This document shows positions 39,497 to 52,850 of a stretch of DNA of 64,000 nucleotides, piece after piece. The notes under the pieces are model-generated. The model was not told the origin of the DNA and did no database searches. It saw only the letters and a program-made list of their open reading frames with translations. Every line of letters begins with the position of its first letter. Within the stretch, counting starts at the first letter, position 1. Location of the stretch: assembly GCF_009914755.1 (NCBI RefSeq), contig NC_060935.1. One strand, written 5' to 3'. Source of the DNA: the human T2T-CHM13v2.0 reference genome, Homo sapiens. The position numbers were made by a program, and so were the translations under genes.

Positions 39497-41948
39497 CTCA
39501 CACTCCCTTTCCTTCTTCCTCTGCTTGCTCTTGGAGAAGTTTTAATTCATTTTGGAATGTCTGGAAGGGTCCAGCCACTGGACTGGAAACCAAGAAGAAG
39601 GAGCTGCTGGGGCAGGTGGGAGGTACCAGCCGAGGATATTAGTCTCTGCTGATGTGCTTGGAAGCAGCTACTTCCCGGAATGTGGTTTTTAATCCTCGGA
39701 TTCATTAGTTCCATATCTGATGCTGGGAGGAAGGGAGGAGGATGTTGCTGTCGGTGTGGCACTGCCAGGGAATCAGGACTTGATTTGGCTTCTTGCAACT
39801 TAACATGCCCCCTTCCTGCCAGAGGCCCCTGCACCCTAGAAAGGGCAACGCAGCGTAGGAGGTAGATTGAATGTGAAGGTGGTTTTGTAGCCCAGTACGA
39901 AAATGCAGATCTTGTCCCCTCTTAACCCGTTTATTCTCTCTCTCCTTGCAAACCAAACTTCTCTCCTCCTTTTTTTTTAAAACCTCCTTCCCTTTTTTTA
40001 TCCACCCCTTTTCTTGTCCCCCTCCCTCATTTTCTCCCCCTCTTGGGCTGGTTTGTTGGAGTGATTGACAAAATTAGTAAATCCATTCATGTTACTTTTA
40101 TTGTGCAGGTCTCAATAAATCCCCCATGTCCAGGGCGCACCTTAATGAGCTAGTGAGCTGACAAATTTGTTTACTGTAGCTGGAGGTGCCGAGTAATGAA
40201 ATGCACTTGTGTCTGCAGCTCACTGCTAAACAAATACACGGTTTTCCGGGAGCCAGCTCTGCTAGCTGCTGCTGCCTGAGGACACAGCCACATTCCCCAA
40301 GAGACTGAAAGTTGTATGTGTGCATATGTTTTGAAAAATGTAATCACTCTCTCATCCATTGCTTAGTTTTAAAACAAATCTGAATCAGCTGCTCAAACTC
40401 CTCCCCTTTTTTGTTATGCAATGAAGATGCTTTTGCTCCCTTGACTGACGGTATTGAAACCGTAACATTCCCCTTTTCTCTTGTGGAAATGGAATGTCAT
40501 ACAGATGTATAGATGCCTTCCATGATTCTACGCAGATAAGAAAGGAAGGAAAAAGGGGCAGAGAGGGCTGGATAAAGAGACCTAAAATTGACAAGGACGA
40601 AATTGACAAGTGATGCTAAGGTTTTTGGCTCTTAGCTTGGTTTGGGAAGATGTAACTGAACGCCTCAGCAGTGGGTGACTCTATATGCAGGAGACAAACA
40701 CCCATGCATGAGCTCAAAGCTAATTGAGTTTGAGACAAGTCTTCGAAGATGGTATCTTTGTGTATTCTACCCCAGTAAAAGGAACTGGGGAACTTGTCTC
40801 CCACTCACCAGCAGCTGATTGGAGTTTCCAGGGTTCGGTGGGCTGATTTGGCCTTCATTGCCCACATAGCTAGCCTTCTGAGGAACGCCAGGAGTACAGT
40901 AGTGCATCTCTAATGATCCTGAAACTCATGCCCAAGAGGAAAACCAGAGAACTAAAGAGAGGGCTCTTGGCCATTTGTCCAGTAGATTCCTTGAAAAGGA
41001 GGTGAGCCCTAAATGATAGCACAGTGGAAGTCAAAATGGAGGAGCCACTCAGATTCAAGGGCTGGACTTTGTTCCTTTCTGTCTATTCCTCACCCCACCC
41101 CAGCCTTCTCCATCCTTTTAAGATGCAGACAGAGCCTTCCTTCCTTGGGTGGGAGTCAGCCTGATGCTGCTTGCCTCTGCCTCTCTTTCTCTCTTGCCGA
41201 GTGGATGGTACAGCCCTGCTACCTTTTTCAGCAGCAACCTGGGGGCAAAGGGAGGAGAAGATGGGTGAAAGGAAAAGGCGTCAGTTTATATGATGGTTTG
41301 AATGTGTGGTCACGAAGGTTGCCCATGCTGGAGATGGTGTCTTAGGAAAGAGTAATCCCCCAGGATGTCAGAGGGAGCAGAAAGACATATCTGAAGGATT
41401 TGGGGGCTGGGGGTGGAGGGAGGGGGAAGTTTCTAGTTTAAATCAAGGTTTTCACACCCTCCTAAATTTGATATTTTCTTTCTGTGGGGAGAAGAAGCTT
41501 TCGGGGTGGCAGGGGAGGCAGTCCTTCCTTTGTTGGGTGAGGTTGGGTAGGATTGGACGTGAGAAGCCCCTCCGGGGTACATGTGCATGCACGAGCACAC
41601 ACGGGCATGCACACACCCCAGCACATGCACACACAGCAGTCCCAGCCTGCTTACCAAAAAAAGCTGGAGTATATTTAGATCCCTCTGCTCCTTTGATTAA
41701 GAAACTGCTTATAGCAGGAGATAATAAGAGCTTTGCTCCAAGAAGGTGTAGCACCTGAACATCTTCTCCAGCTGTGTACCCCTCTGATCCTCTTCCTTCC
41801 CATCTATTAAAGAGATAATTGGTATGGAAATGGCACAGGTGTAAACATGAGGGGTTTTGTGTTTCATAATTTCAGACCCCGTCATCACCTGGGTGAAATA
41901 CCCTAGGTCTGTGTCACCCCTTCTGCCTACTATTCCACCCTGGCCTGG

Positions 41949-41986
41949 CTTTCTCCCTTTCTCTCTCTTTCTTTCTTTCCCTCTCC

Positions 41987-42052
<66 letters not shown>

Positions 42053-42160
42053 ATCTTTCTTTCTTTTCTTTCTTTCTTTTTCTTTCTTTCTTTCTTTTCT
42101 TTCCTTCCTTCCTTCCTTCCTTCGTTCCTTCCTTCCTTCCTTCTCCTTTTTTTTTTTTTT
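41949..42160. repeat. (CTTT)n/(CCTT)n/poly-T pyrimidine tract
   Basis: About 210 nt with only two purines. Confidence 0.97.
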
Positions 42161-44660
42161 GCTAAAATTAAGCTTGTTTTAAATTGGAAGACTTTGAGTC
42201 ATACATGCCCTGTAGTCAAAACTGGCAGTGTTGCCACTGGGGGGTCTGGTGTGGGTCACCTTCTCTGGAGATAGAATTGATGCAAATGTGGTCCCAGATA
42301 TTTGCATGGATCCTGCCCATATTACTAAGAGTCATGTTCCTTGAGTCTTGATAGCATCATCCTTTCTACATGCATCCCCTTTTCCTACTTCAGATTCCCT
42401 TTGAGCAGATACCCTGGGAGTCCAGGCTAAGACTGAGTCCCATTCATTCTTCAGAACAGCAGAGGTGCTAATTCCTTGACCTGAAAAATTATTTTCTTGG
42501 GTCAAAGCTGACTTATATATCTGATTTACATTGAAATGTACAGATTGATAGAAAACAATACATTTTTAGGATTTACATAATCAAAAACATTTGTCAGTTG
42601 CATCATAACAGGGCTATGAAGTTAGGGTTGGAAAGGGCAGGTTAGTTATGAATTCTCTTATCCTAGATGAAGAAACCAAGGTTAAGGACAACCACTGCCT
42701 GGACTAGGATCACAAATCCAAGAAGGGCTGTACCTCTGGGCCAGAATTGGGATCTTTGGACTGTTTCACTGTATAATATGGCAAAACTGATCCTTCTATG
42801 GTCTGTGTTTTTGCTTCCGAGCAACAGAGCTCAGACATGGAGTGACAACGAAGGAGTCCTGTCCAGCCCACCAGACAGACACGGGGGGCCTCAGTGAGAT
42901 CCGCTGCCTGTGGGTCACTTGTCATTACTGATTTCCAAGGAGAGTCTTGTTGGATGCTCTTAGTAGTGGTTTCATTTGTGGACTGTAGTCTGAACTTTCC
43001 TCATCCCTAGCCCTCTGTCTGTACCATGACTCTCCTCATACCTCCTCCTCTACCCTTTGTGATTGTCTTACAACCCCTTATTTATTTTCTAATTCAACAT
43101 GCAGTTATTAAGTGCCTACTCCATATCAGGCTGTGTACTGTGTGTTGGGGAATATAAAGATGAATACAATAGTTCCTACTTTGGAGGCTTATAATCTATT
43201 AGGCAGAGCTGAAAGTCCAAAATAAATGCAATACAGGGCTTTACGTGATACAACAGAGCTCAGAGGAAGATGGTGTTGTTGGCACTGAATCCTAAGTGGT
43301 GTAACTCCTCAAAGATGCCTTCTCTAGGGTCAGCTTCCCAGAAAGTAGCAGCCCAAAGACAACAAAACAGCTTAGGCATGTGTATTGTGCAGGGCTGCCA
43401 TGACTCATGATCCAGGTCGTTCACTGCACAAGGGTGCCCAGCTGAGGAGGGAAGATCCCAAAACCCTGCCCTCTCTGTACTCACCATAAATATGCAGCCA
43501 GGTCTGTGGGGCTGGCCAGAGGAGGAGACGTGATTTTCTAATTCAGATGAAGGTGTTGTTTGGCCATCATTGGCTCTGTGACCACATTATAAAGTTTTTT
43601 CGTGTGGATATCTCATTCGATGTTCTTGATAACCACAGTGGCAGATAAGGAGCAAATGGATCTGGTGAAAAGAATGACTTGCTCGGGGCCACAAGGCAAG
43701 TATGTGGGAGAGCTGGGACCCCTGTGCTGCTTTTCCTTCCCCTGTGTCATGTGGACCATCTGACTTCTGAGGGTCTCGTTTATCCAGTCAGAGCACCTCC
43801 CCTCTCCCCAGTGGTACCAGGCCTGACGTCTCTCCATAGCAGAGGACGGAACCCAGGCGTTGAAGGGAGCAGAGCGTTCCAGTGCTGCCGGGCCCCCCTG
43901 CCCCGCCGCACATCTCACTGCAGCTAATGAATTGCTAATACAATTTTCTAGATAATTTTATTTCCATAGTCCCACATTTTAATGTGTTTCCAAAAGCTAG
44001 CATTTATTTGCTTAATCTCCCAGTGTAATAGAATCTGCCCTGACTCATCATACATGCGAACAATCAGCTAGGCTGAAACGCCAGCAAATTGTTTAATAAC
44101 TCACATCTAGTCTCTAGATTTTTAACTCGCATGCACCAATAGCTTTTCTTGTGTCTCATCCACATCTCCCCCACTTTTCCATTTTTTTAAAAATACTTTT
44201 CTATCATCATAGCTGTTAGTTTCTAAGCAGAAAAATGGGGAAAGTGGATGCTGAGTCTCAGAGGCTCCCCTTTCTTCCCCTGGGAGCCTTGGTTGGTGGA
44301 TACGTGACCAAGGAGCACCCCTGCACCTTGTGGAATGTCCCAGGAAGGGGAGAGAGACCACTGTAGGGACATCATAGTGTTTCCTTTCCAGCTGGTGACC
44401 ATATGACTTCCAGCCTGTTGGCCAGTTGTGGAACTGGCCATCTGGGATTTTTTGCGTGCCACTCCTCCCTTGCTGTCCCACCTTTCTAGGATTTTCTCTC
44501 TCCCTTTGCCCTGGCAGCCTCTGCCCTGGTCTGGTCCCTACCCTCCTCCAGTGGCCCATCAGCCCTCTCGCTGCTTCTAACCGCTTGCTGCTGCTGTTGG
44601 TCCCCATGTGTGCCCAGAGTCACTGGCTTCAAACACAGGTCAGATCGTGCTAGCACCACT

Positions 44661-45009
44661 CGTCTTAGTCAAGTCAGGCTGCTATAACAAACTGCCACGG
44701 ACTGGGTGGCTTATACACAGCAGACATGCATTTCTCACAGCTCTGGAGGCTGGGAAGTCTGTGATTGGGGTGCCAGCATGTTCAGGTTCTGGTGAGGGTC
44801 CTCCTCCTGGTTGCAGACTGCTGATTTCTCGGTGTCCTCACGTGGTGGAAGGGGCTAGCTAGCTCTCTGGGCCCTCTTTTACAAGGACACTCATTCCATT
44901 TTAATTACCTAATTATCTCTCCCAGGCCCCACTTCCTAATACCATCACCTTAGGGGTTAGGATTTCAAAAAAGGAATCAGAGGGGGACCCAGACATTAGG
45001 ATCATAGCA
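44661..45009 (-). mobile_element. MaLR solo LTR (MLT1A-like)
   Basis: gtcttagtc...ggctgctataacaa...tttctcacagctctggaggctgggaagtc...cctaataccatcacctt...catagca. Confidence 0.85.
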
Positions 45010-46189
45010 ACCCTCGGTCCTTTCATGGCACTGCATTGCCTGTAGAATAAAGTCCAACCTGTCCTGCCTGGCATGTGCAGCCCTCTGATCTGACTCCCAT
45101 CACCCTCCCAGCTTGTCTCCATCCCCAGGGCCTGACCTTGGCCCCATCTGCTCTGACATTTGCCAGTGGTGTCTCTCTCCTTAGCCTGGCACATGTGTCC
45201 CAACTTCTTGTCCTTTGCTTCTCAGATACTCAACTTTTAAAAGCCTAACTCAAAATCTCAGGAGCTCTTGGAGTCGCCCTGCCTTACCCTCTGGGTGGTT
45301 GTTAACTCAGCATCTCCCACTAGTCTGGGACCCAGTTTCTCTGCTCAGCCTTAGCCTGCCCCTGGTCACCTAGCACAGTGCCTGTACTTGGTAGTGGCTC
45401 AGTGAGTTGGCTGAATGGACATGAAGTGGGTTCAGGCCACCCTGAGAAGTAGGGACAGCATAGTGGGGCAGTATCGAGGGGCCTTGGAAAGACCAAGGGG
45501 GCAGAGTGCTGCAGTCTGCCTTGCTGGGTGTATTGACACTCAGAGCACCTGTGGGTCTGGCTGTATAGGCTGAGATGTCCTATTGGGAATGCCATTCATG
45601 TTCCCTCTGCCCAGGTTCCTTCCATGCCGGGGATCTCAGAGGATGCATAAGGAGAAGCCTTGGCTCTTAAAGGGCATGGCTGGCCTCCAAAGCCTACTCA
45701 ACCCTACTGATTTAAGGTAGCTGTTTGAACACCTGGCTTAATTTGGGCTCTCTGTGGGGTGGGGGTTAAGGGCAGAGAGGGAGTAGATGCTGGGGGCTCT
45801 CAAGTTGAAGGAGTGGGGGCCACCGGGCACAGAACGCATTGCAGATGCACTGTCCTCCTGTGTACGTCGGCCAAGCAGGGAGGGATATTGAAGACTCACT
45901 GTCAACTCTTGGCATTGCTTCTGTCCAGAAAGATACATCTCTCATTATGTCTCCCTCCAGCAAGTGAAGCTGAGTAGACTACTCAGCATTTCTGAGAGAC
46001 CTTGGTGGCTCCCAGTGGGATTGGAAGGCCTCAGAGAGCTATGCCTTGTGACCCAGCCCCAGCTACTGCCCACTCCTGGCCAGGGGTTCTCTAGCCATTG
46101 CTGGAGCTGTACTAGAGGCAGGAGTCCTCTGTACCGTCCTTACTGGGCTTCTTCCAGGGTAAGCCCAGACAGGCGGGCAGTCAGCTCCA

Positions 46190-46400
46190 GAGGTAGCATT
46201 GAGTCCAGCCCCGTGGTTTCTGAAAGACAAACCGAGATATTTTCAGATCCCAACTCTGCCTCTTTCTGTGTGATCTTAGGCAAGTTATTTAATCTCTCTT
46301 TTACACTGGTAAAAAGGGGGATAAGAATGCCTGCCTTGTAGGATTGCAAGTTTTAAATGAACTGACAACATAGATAAGGTACCTAGCATAACGCCTAGAT
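46190..46400 (+). mobile_element. MIR
   Basis: tgtgtgatcttaggcaagttatttaatctctct...gtaaaaagggggataa core. Confidence 0.7.
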
Positions 46401-47691
46401 TCGCTCCCCTTCCTTCCTGCTTTTTGTTGGCCAGGAGCAAAATCCAGTGCTGGCTGTTTTTCTCCTTCCCTGCTCAGCCTTCCTGACTGCTGGTGAGATG
46501 GGGCGTGGCTCCAGGTGCTTAGACTTCAGTGTCTGCAAAGGGAAGGGATATCAGGGTGGGTGTGAGGGGCACAGAAGTGTGGGGGACAGTGAGAGGTGGG
46601 CCTTGCCTGCCTACTAGTCCATCCTAACCCAGCCATGAGTGGGACGGAGGTGGTGAGGACCAGACCTCTCACTTGCTATCTCCATTGATGGCCAGGAAGG
46701 CAGGGAGGTTCTTCGTGCCATCCCTTCTCTTCCCCCTACCTTCCACCAGACACTTCCCGATTCCATGCTGAGCAGCCCATGGCTTCCAGCAGCCAAAGCT
46801 TTACCCCCTCCCCCCACCCACTCTGGACTGGACTGACAGATGCTAGGCCTACTTACGTTTCCTGCTTGTGCCTTCCCACACAGGGGACAGCGGTGTGGGG
46901 CCAAGTGCAGGTGATATTGCCCAGGCACCAGCACAGAGACACACAGATGGGCCTGCCGGGGAGCTCCTGTGCTCAGGAAAACAGAGCCCAAAAGGGTGGG
47001 CACTGAGCTGCCAGTTAGGACTCAGACACAAGGTCAGATACTTCCTCCTGTGGTGCTGCAGCTGGAAATTTCGGCCATGGCTCCAGAGCAGTGTCAGAAA
47101 GGGATTGGTAACAAACAGAAAATGGCAGCCTGTATGTGTGGGGTACTTTGGGGATGAACAGCCAGTTAGAATTAAATGAAAATCTCACATCACTCGCTAG
47201 CTTTCAATCCTTTGACAGTTGCCCATCGGGTTTAGGATGGAACTAAATCTCTTGACGTGGTTTGCAAGACCCTGCATGGCCTGGCCCTTGCCTTTCCCTT
47301 TAGCCTCCTCTTCTTCCCCAGCTGCACTGCACCATTCCTCTGTCTGATCCTCCCACCGGCCATGTTTCCTCCTGGCCCAGAGTGTTCACAGACACTATTC
47401 CATCTTCCGGATTCCGCCATTCACCTGGTGTTCTGGGTAACGTCGGTCATGAGAGCAGGGACTTTGCATGCTCTTCCTTGGTTATATCCCCAGTGCCAAA
47501 AAGACAGCCTTGCTTGTAGAAGGCATCAAATAATACTTGTTGAGTGAATGGACCTAAGATTCATGCTTTAGTGAGTGGAGAAGTAGTTAAAAAAAAAAAA
47601 CAAAACAGGATCTGTAGCTAGTCTTGGGAAAGCATTAAAATCTAGGGTGTGTGAGTGTGAACCCCAGCCCTGCCACTTACGAACTCTATGG

Positions 47692-47987
47692 CAGGAGTCC
47701 CCAACCCCCGGGCCATGGTCTGTGAGGAGCTGGGCTGCACAGCAGGAGGCGAGCGAGTGAAACTGAGCTCCGCCTCCTGTCATATTAGTGGCGACATTAG
47801 ATTCTCACAGGAGCATGAACCCTATTGGGAACTGTGCATTCAAGGGATCCAGGCTGCACACTCCTTATGAGAGTCTAATGATAAATGTAATGTGCTTGAA
47901 TCATCCCAAAGCCATCCCCCAACCATACGTGGAAAAATTGCCTTCCATGAAACCAGTCCCTTGTGCCAAAAATGTTGGGGACCACTG
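47692..47987. mobile_element. MER1B-like hAT-Charlie element nested in a MIR
   Basis: TIRs caggagtccccaac ... gttggggaccactg; 8-bp TSD ctctatgg/ctctgtgg; MIR sequence continues on both sides. Confidence 0.88.
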
Positions 47988-48521
47988 CTCTGTGGGATTT
48001 TGGCCAAAGTACTTAATCTCTCTGTGCCTCAGTCTCCTTGTCTAAGGGATGAGGATAACAGAGGCTAGCTTTTTGAGTTTTGGATTTATATTAGTTATGT
48101 TAGAACAATGGCTGGCCCATAGTATCTTTGTTATTGTTTTTTCTCGCAGGGTCTACCTTGCCTCCCCCACTTTTTGCCCTGTACTCTGTGAAGTCCATCT
48201 GGTATATGCTGTCTTAGTACCTTGCCGCCTTTTACATACCACCCGACACAGTTGCCCATTACCCTTGCTGCTGCGATGTATTTGATCAATGTCTATCCTT
48301 TAGCTTTAGCTTCCAGAGCTCGGGAACGACGTCGATTTTGCCCATCACTGGGGCCACATACTGGGTGCTCAGTGTTGCATAGCCTGGGCCCACTCTGGAT
48401 TTGCCCCTGAGCATGGGGATTTGGAGGTGTGAGTCCCGACACTGGCTCTCACTCCAGATGGGTAAAGAATGCACCTTGTATTCCCACCTTTCTGAGGCAC
48501 CCCCTCTCCTGTCTCCCACAG

Positions 48522-48692
48522 GCACTGACATGGCCGTCTTCTGTCTGCTGTGTGGGAAGCGCTTCCAGGCGCAGAGCGCACTGCAGCAGCACATGGAGGT
48601 CCACGCGGGCGTGCGCAGCTACATCTGCAGTGAGTGCAACCGCACCTTCCCCAGCCACACGGCTCTCAAACGCCACCTGCGCTCACATACAG
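48522..48692 (+). CDS. ZBTB16: ZBTB16/PLZF coding exon 5 (171 nt), zinc fingers 4-5
   Basis: Translates (G)TDMAVFCLLCGKRFQAQSALQQHMEVHAGVRSYICSECNRTFPSHTALKRHLRSHT(G), recognised PLZF sequence; acceptor cacAG, donor CAG|gtaggt; phase 1 at both ends. Confidence 0.98.
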
Positions 48693-48884
48693 GTAGGTCA
48701 GTCCAGCTGATGGGTGGATCTGGGTCTCTGGGAGCCAGCGTCTATATTTACCTCCAAGGACGTAAAGTGGAGGTGGTGGGCTGAGTCAGCCTTCAGTCCT
48801 TCTGCTCAAGGCTTGGACGTGCAGAGGCTGCCCGTCGTGCAGGTAAATGTGGACAGTTCTCCCAGTCCCCTCCTGTGGACCGTC

Positions 48885-49065
48885 GGTTCAAAGTCTTTCC
48901 GTGTTCAACACAGGATGCTCATTAAAAAGGCAGGCTCTTGGGTCCCACTCTCAGAACCTTTTATTCCATGGGTCCAGGGTGGGGTCCCAGATTCAGCATT
49001 ATTAATATGTATTCCCAAGGGATTCTCATGTAGGTAGACCCAAAATGAATTTTGAGAAAAACTGA
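48885..49065. mobile_element. MER5-like DNA transposon remnant
   Basis: ttaaaaaggcaggctcttgggtcccactctcaga...gggtggggtcccaga...ttcccaagggattctc...tttgagaaaaactg. Confidence 0.55.
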
Positions 49066-52000
49066 CCTGCTGGGTCTCTTAACATTGTCTGCCCTGCCTC
49101 CCACCACTCTTGATGCCCCGCCGCTCTATCCATACACATTTCTGAAGTCAGCTTCGGGCTTCTGAGGGCAAGTTGAAGCAGTGATCCTACTTTCCCCACA
49201 GTAACAAAGGCCTGTACTTGGACCTTAACCCTGTTTAGGGAAGACAAGGAGGGCATTTAAACGATGAGCAATGAAATATCACTGCTCAGCCAGTTCCAGG
49301 TGATGGGACAAGGGAGGGGGTACGAGGTAAGGAGGCTGGGCCAGGTGCTGAGGGGCTGGCCATTCCCTGCCACCAGCCTCTAGGGCTTCAGGGATGGGGA
49401 CACTTGGTCCCTGATGGCCAAGAGGCATTTGCTTTCCTGCAGCAGCTCCCAGTTTTCCCTAACAGGGGAGTGGATGGCTTAAATTCCTTATTTTCTCTAT
49501 GACAAAACTGGGGCTCTGCTGAAACTACCTGGTTAAAGGAATGCCCATTTCTGAGTCTGCCTTTGTGTGCTGTGTTTGTAGGGAGGGTTGGGGTCAGGTC
49601 TCTATCTGGGTATATAACAGAGCGTATACTTGTAAAAACCTCTGCATGCCACGTAAAGGAACAGTAGGCCCTCTCCTCATTTTGAGAGTCTTGTCACAGC
49701 TCAGAGATTGAGTATGCAGACCAGGTCTTGCATGGGTGGCAGGCTCTGCTAAATAAGGGAAGAGCTTTACTTCTCATGGACTGAGCTGGCCTGGCCAGCC
49801 AGCAGCAGGTATCCTCATTAAGGAGCCTTCCTGGCTGTCACTTCTGGATGCCATTTTGTTCAGGGGAGCACATTGTCTTAGCATCACCAGATTTGCACAG
49901 AACTACTTAAAATTTCTGGGACAGGACGGAGGTAGGGCCCAGAGGGGTGGGCTCAATAAAAAGGGCCCAGGAGAGTGGGATGTTGACAAGGACTTTCTCT
50001 ACAGCGATTGCGTAAGCATTTCCCCTGCAGCTATATGCACCTTCCTATGAACGCCTCCCTCAACAGTTCCCCAGGTTCATTCGGTCTTATGAAAGATGGC
50101 TAGATACCTTTCAGCCACTTCTGAGCATGCCACTGGGTCCAATCAGTTGGCTTCATGTGACTTGAATGATCTCAGTCCTGCTAAATCCACCCAGGATGTG
50201 CCCTGCTCTGACCATGCCACCTTCTCAGAGCTCAGATATGAAAATGTCACATGCTCTTGTGTCAGTCATGGCTCAGATCCACGGGGAGGGGCTGTTTCCA
50301 GAGTTAGGGAGAAGCCCTTGCTTATTCTAGGAAACACGGAGCATGTGTGCTGCCTATGCACACACAGAGAAACACCCATCAATTTTCACACCAGCGAGGC
50401 ACTGCGCACACAAGCCATATACAGGCTGTGCACACCCCACACACAATGCCTCATTAATATTCCGTTGTTCTTGGCCCATTTGCTGCTGGGGCCGGGTGTT
50501 TAGCATCAGCAGCTGTGTTTGGTAGGTTAGTCCAGCCGTGCTCTTGGCATTGATGGATCCCTGATTCACACGGCTCATCATATAATAAACTCTCAGCTGT
50601 GCTGAAGGGAGGGGCTGGAAGGGAGGGGCCTGAGGAGCCAGCAGGATGGGGCTGGGGTGGGGAGGACGACAGACACTGGGCTTGGCCAGTGCCAGAGAAA
50701 GCACCAAGTAAGGACAGATTGGGGGGGGCGGGGTCACAGGTGCACTGGGCAGGCTGGAGGGGGCTCTAATTAGTCTCGTTTGTCCTGCACTTAATGTCAA
50801 GCTCATTAAAGAGGCTACAGAGTTAATCAACATACCACAAATTGGATTTTGAGTTCTGCAGCCAGTTTTGTGTACATTATGGCCACACTGACACAATCAG
50901 CTCTCAGGGTGAAGATTTCACGCCAGGTGCACACCGTGCTTCCAAATCGGGATGGGGATACGTGTGTGTTGGTGACTTTTTCTTTCTTTTTTTTTTGTTG
51001 TTGTTTGTTTTTCCTTCTAAGTTCTTTTTATTCTTTTCCCTGGGCAGACTCAAGAATTTCCTATTTAAACTCATTTAACATGTGCTCCACTTCATAATTA
51101 AATTCCTAAAAATCGGATCAAACAAACTCCTCTGTCTTAACCCTTTGTTTTTTAAATTGTTAGGGACCCCTCTGGAGGGGAAAGGCACAGGCAGCCGCCC
51201 CCTTCCCCCCCACCGCCGCCTTCACCCCCACCCGGCTGGGTGGCTGCCGATGTACGTTTTAATTACCGGCTCCGGCTGAAGTCTCACGTGGCCTTGGCTT
51301 TATTTATTTATTTATACCTTAATGAGGATACTGAATCTTTGATTAAAGTCGTAATCGTTGCCGATTCAGTAAGGAGGGGGAGTTGGATGTCAGACCAGAC
51401 AGGGCTGTGAGTGCAGACACACGGAGAGAGTGGGTTCGGGTGCACACACAGACTGGCCCTTACTGTGTTAGACACACAACTAATTAGTACCAGGGTCTGC
51501 ACAGGCCTCCACTCCCTTGAGTTTGATGGGGCTGGGGGCCAGGCAGTCCGCATGGCTCTGGCAGTGAGGATGGGCAGGTAGCAATTTCCCCAACTGAGAA
51601 CCCTGGGCCTTGGCCCATCCCCAGATCTGCAGGTGAGGGACTCGCTGGCCGAGCCTCTGAGCCAGTGCAACACCCCATAGATTGGGGTGAACTGGTGTCA
51701 AGGCACGATGCCACTCTTTGAGCTTCTCTCATCTGATTCCCTGATGGAAGTGCCCCTCTCATGGCATGGGTGCTTCTTGCAAATCTTCCACCCATGAGAA
51801 AGTCACTGATCATACCCCAGCATCCGCTCCCCTCAGAGCCCTAAAAACCCCTCAGAGCCATCAGAACAGATGAGAATTTATGTGGGTACAGGGGCCTAAC
51901 TTTGGGAGGGGGGAGCTTTGGTTAGTGGCCCGAGGAGGGGAGAGACAGGAGAGAGTAAAATATCATTTTAAAAAGGAAGTGAAGGCACAGGCATGCGAGT

Positions 52001-52619
52001 CTATAACGAGAAGGACAATTTATGCCCAGGCACGAGCGCAGTTTGACATGGGGATAATGCAAAAACGTAGGTCATTGTGGATGACTTAAACCTTCAGCAG
52101 CTGAAGAAAATGTATGAAATGCAGAGGACATTACACGGTTGGCAGCCCCGCACATCTGCAGAGGGACAAGTGAAATACAGTGGGCCATTCTTTACCATAA
52201 ACTGTGGTTGTTGGAGATGCAGCCCAGAGAAATTGTAATTACAGTGACAAGACGAATCAGCGATATTTAAATATTCATGAACAAAGTCTGGGGTGATCAA
52301 TCTATCTTTATTGTCTGCGCCTTCACTCCTGTAATAAATAAGTAGCTGGAGTCCTCACCTTTCATCCCCCAAGCCCCCCACTTTGGATATGAAAGGCAAG
52401 ATGGTTATTCTCCACACCCCAACCTCTCATGCTCTGGAGATTTAAGAGTGGGATCCTCAAAAAAGAAAAGGCAGTTCTCTCCAAGTTTCATAGACCCACC
52501 ATTTCCTGGGTCTGTTCTGGATCCTCCCTGTGCGATACACTGAGGCTACAAGGATGGGTGAGGCTTGCTTCTTATCCTGGTGGTGCTTCCATGCTGGAGG
52601 TATGGTGGGCAAGCCAGTA

Positions 52620-52850
52620 GATACAGCATAGTGTGTCAGCAAGCTGACAAGTATATGGTACCCTGACTCTAGAGCCAGACCCAAACCTGAATCCCAACTC
52701 AGCTCCTTACTTGCCGTTTCACCTTAGGGATGATGTGGAAGCATCTCATTTTTTTCTCAACTGTAAAATGAGACTAATATCTTTCTTTAAGTTTGTTGCC
52801 ATGATCATCTGATGCGATCACATCACACATCTGAGTGCTCAGGAAATGTA
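52620..52850 (+). mobile_element. MIR
   Basis: cagcatagtgtg...gactctagagccagac...gaatcccaactc...ctgtaaaatgag. Confidence 0.65.

Noticed and set aside
48429-48710. Alternative-frame and antisense ORFs over exons 5-7
   Set aside because: Shadow ORFs of GC-rich zinc-finger coding sequence.
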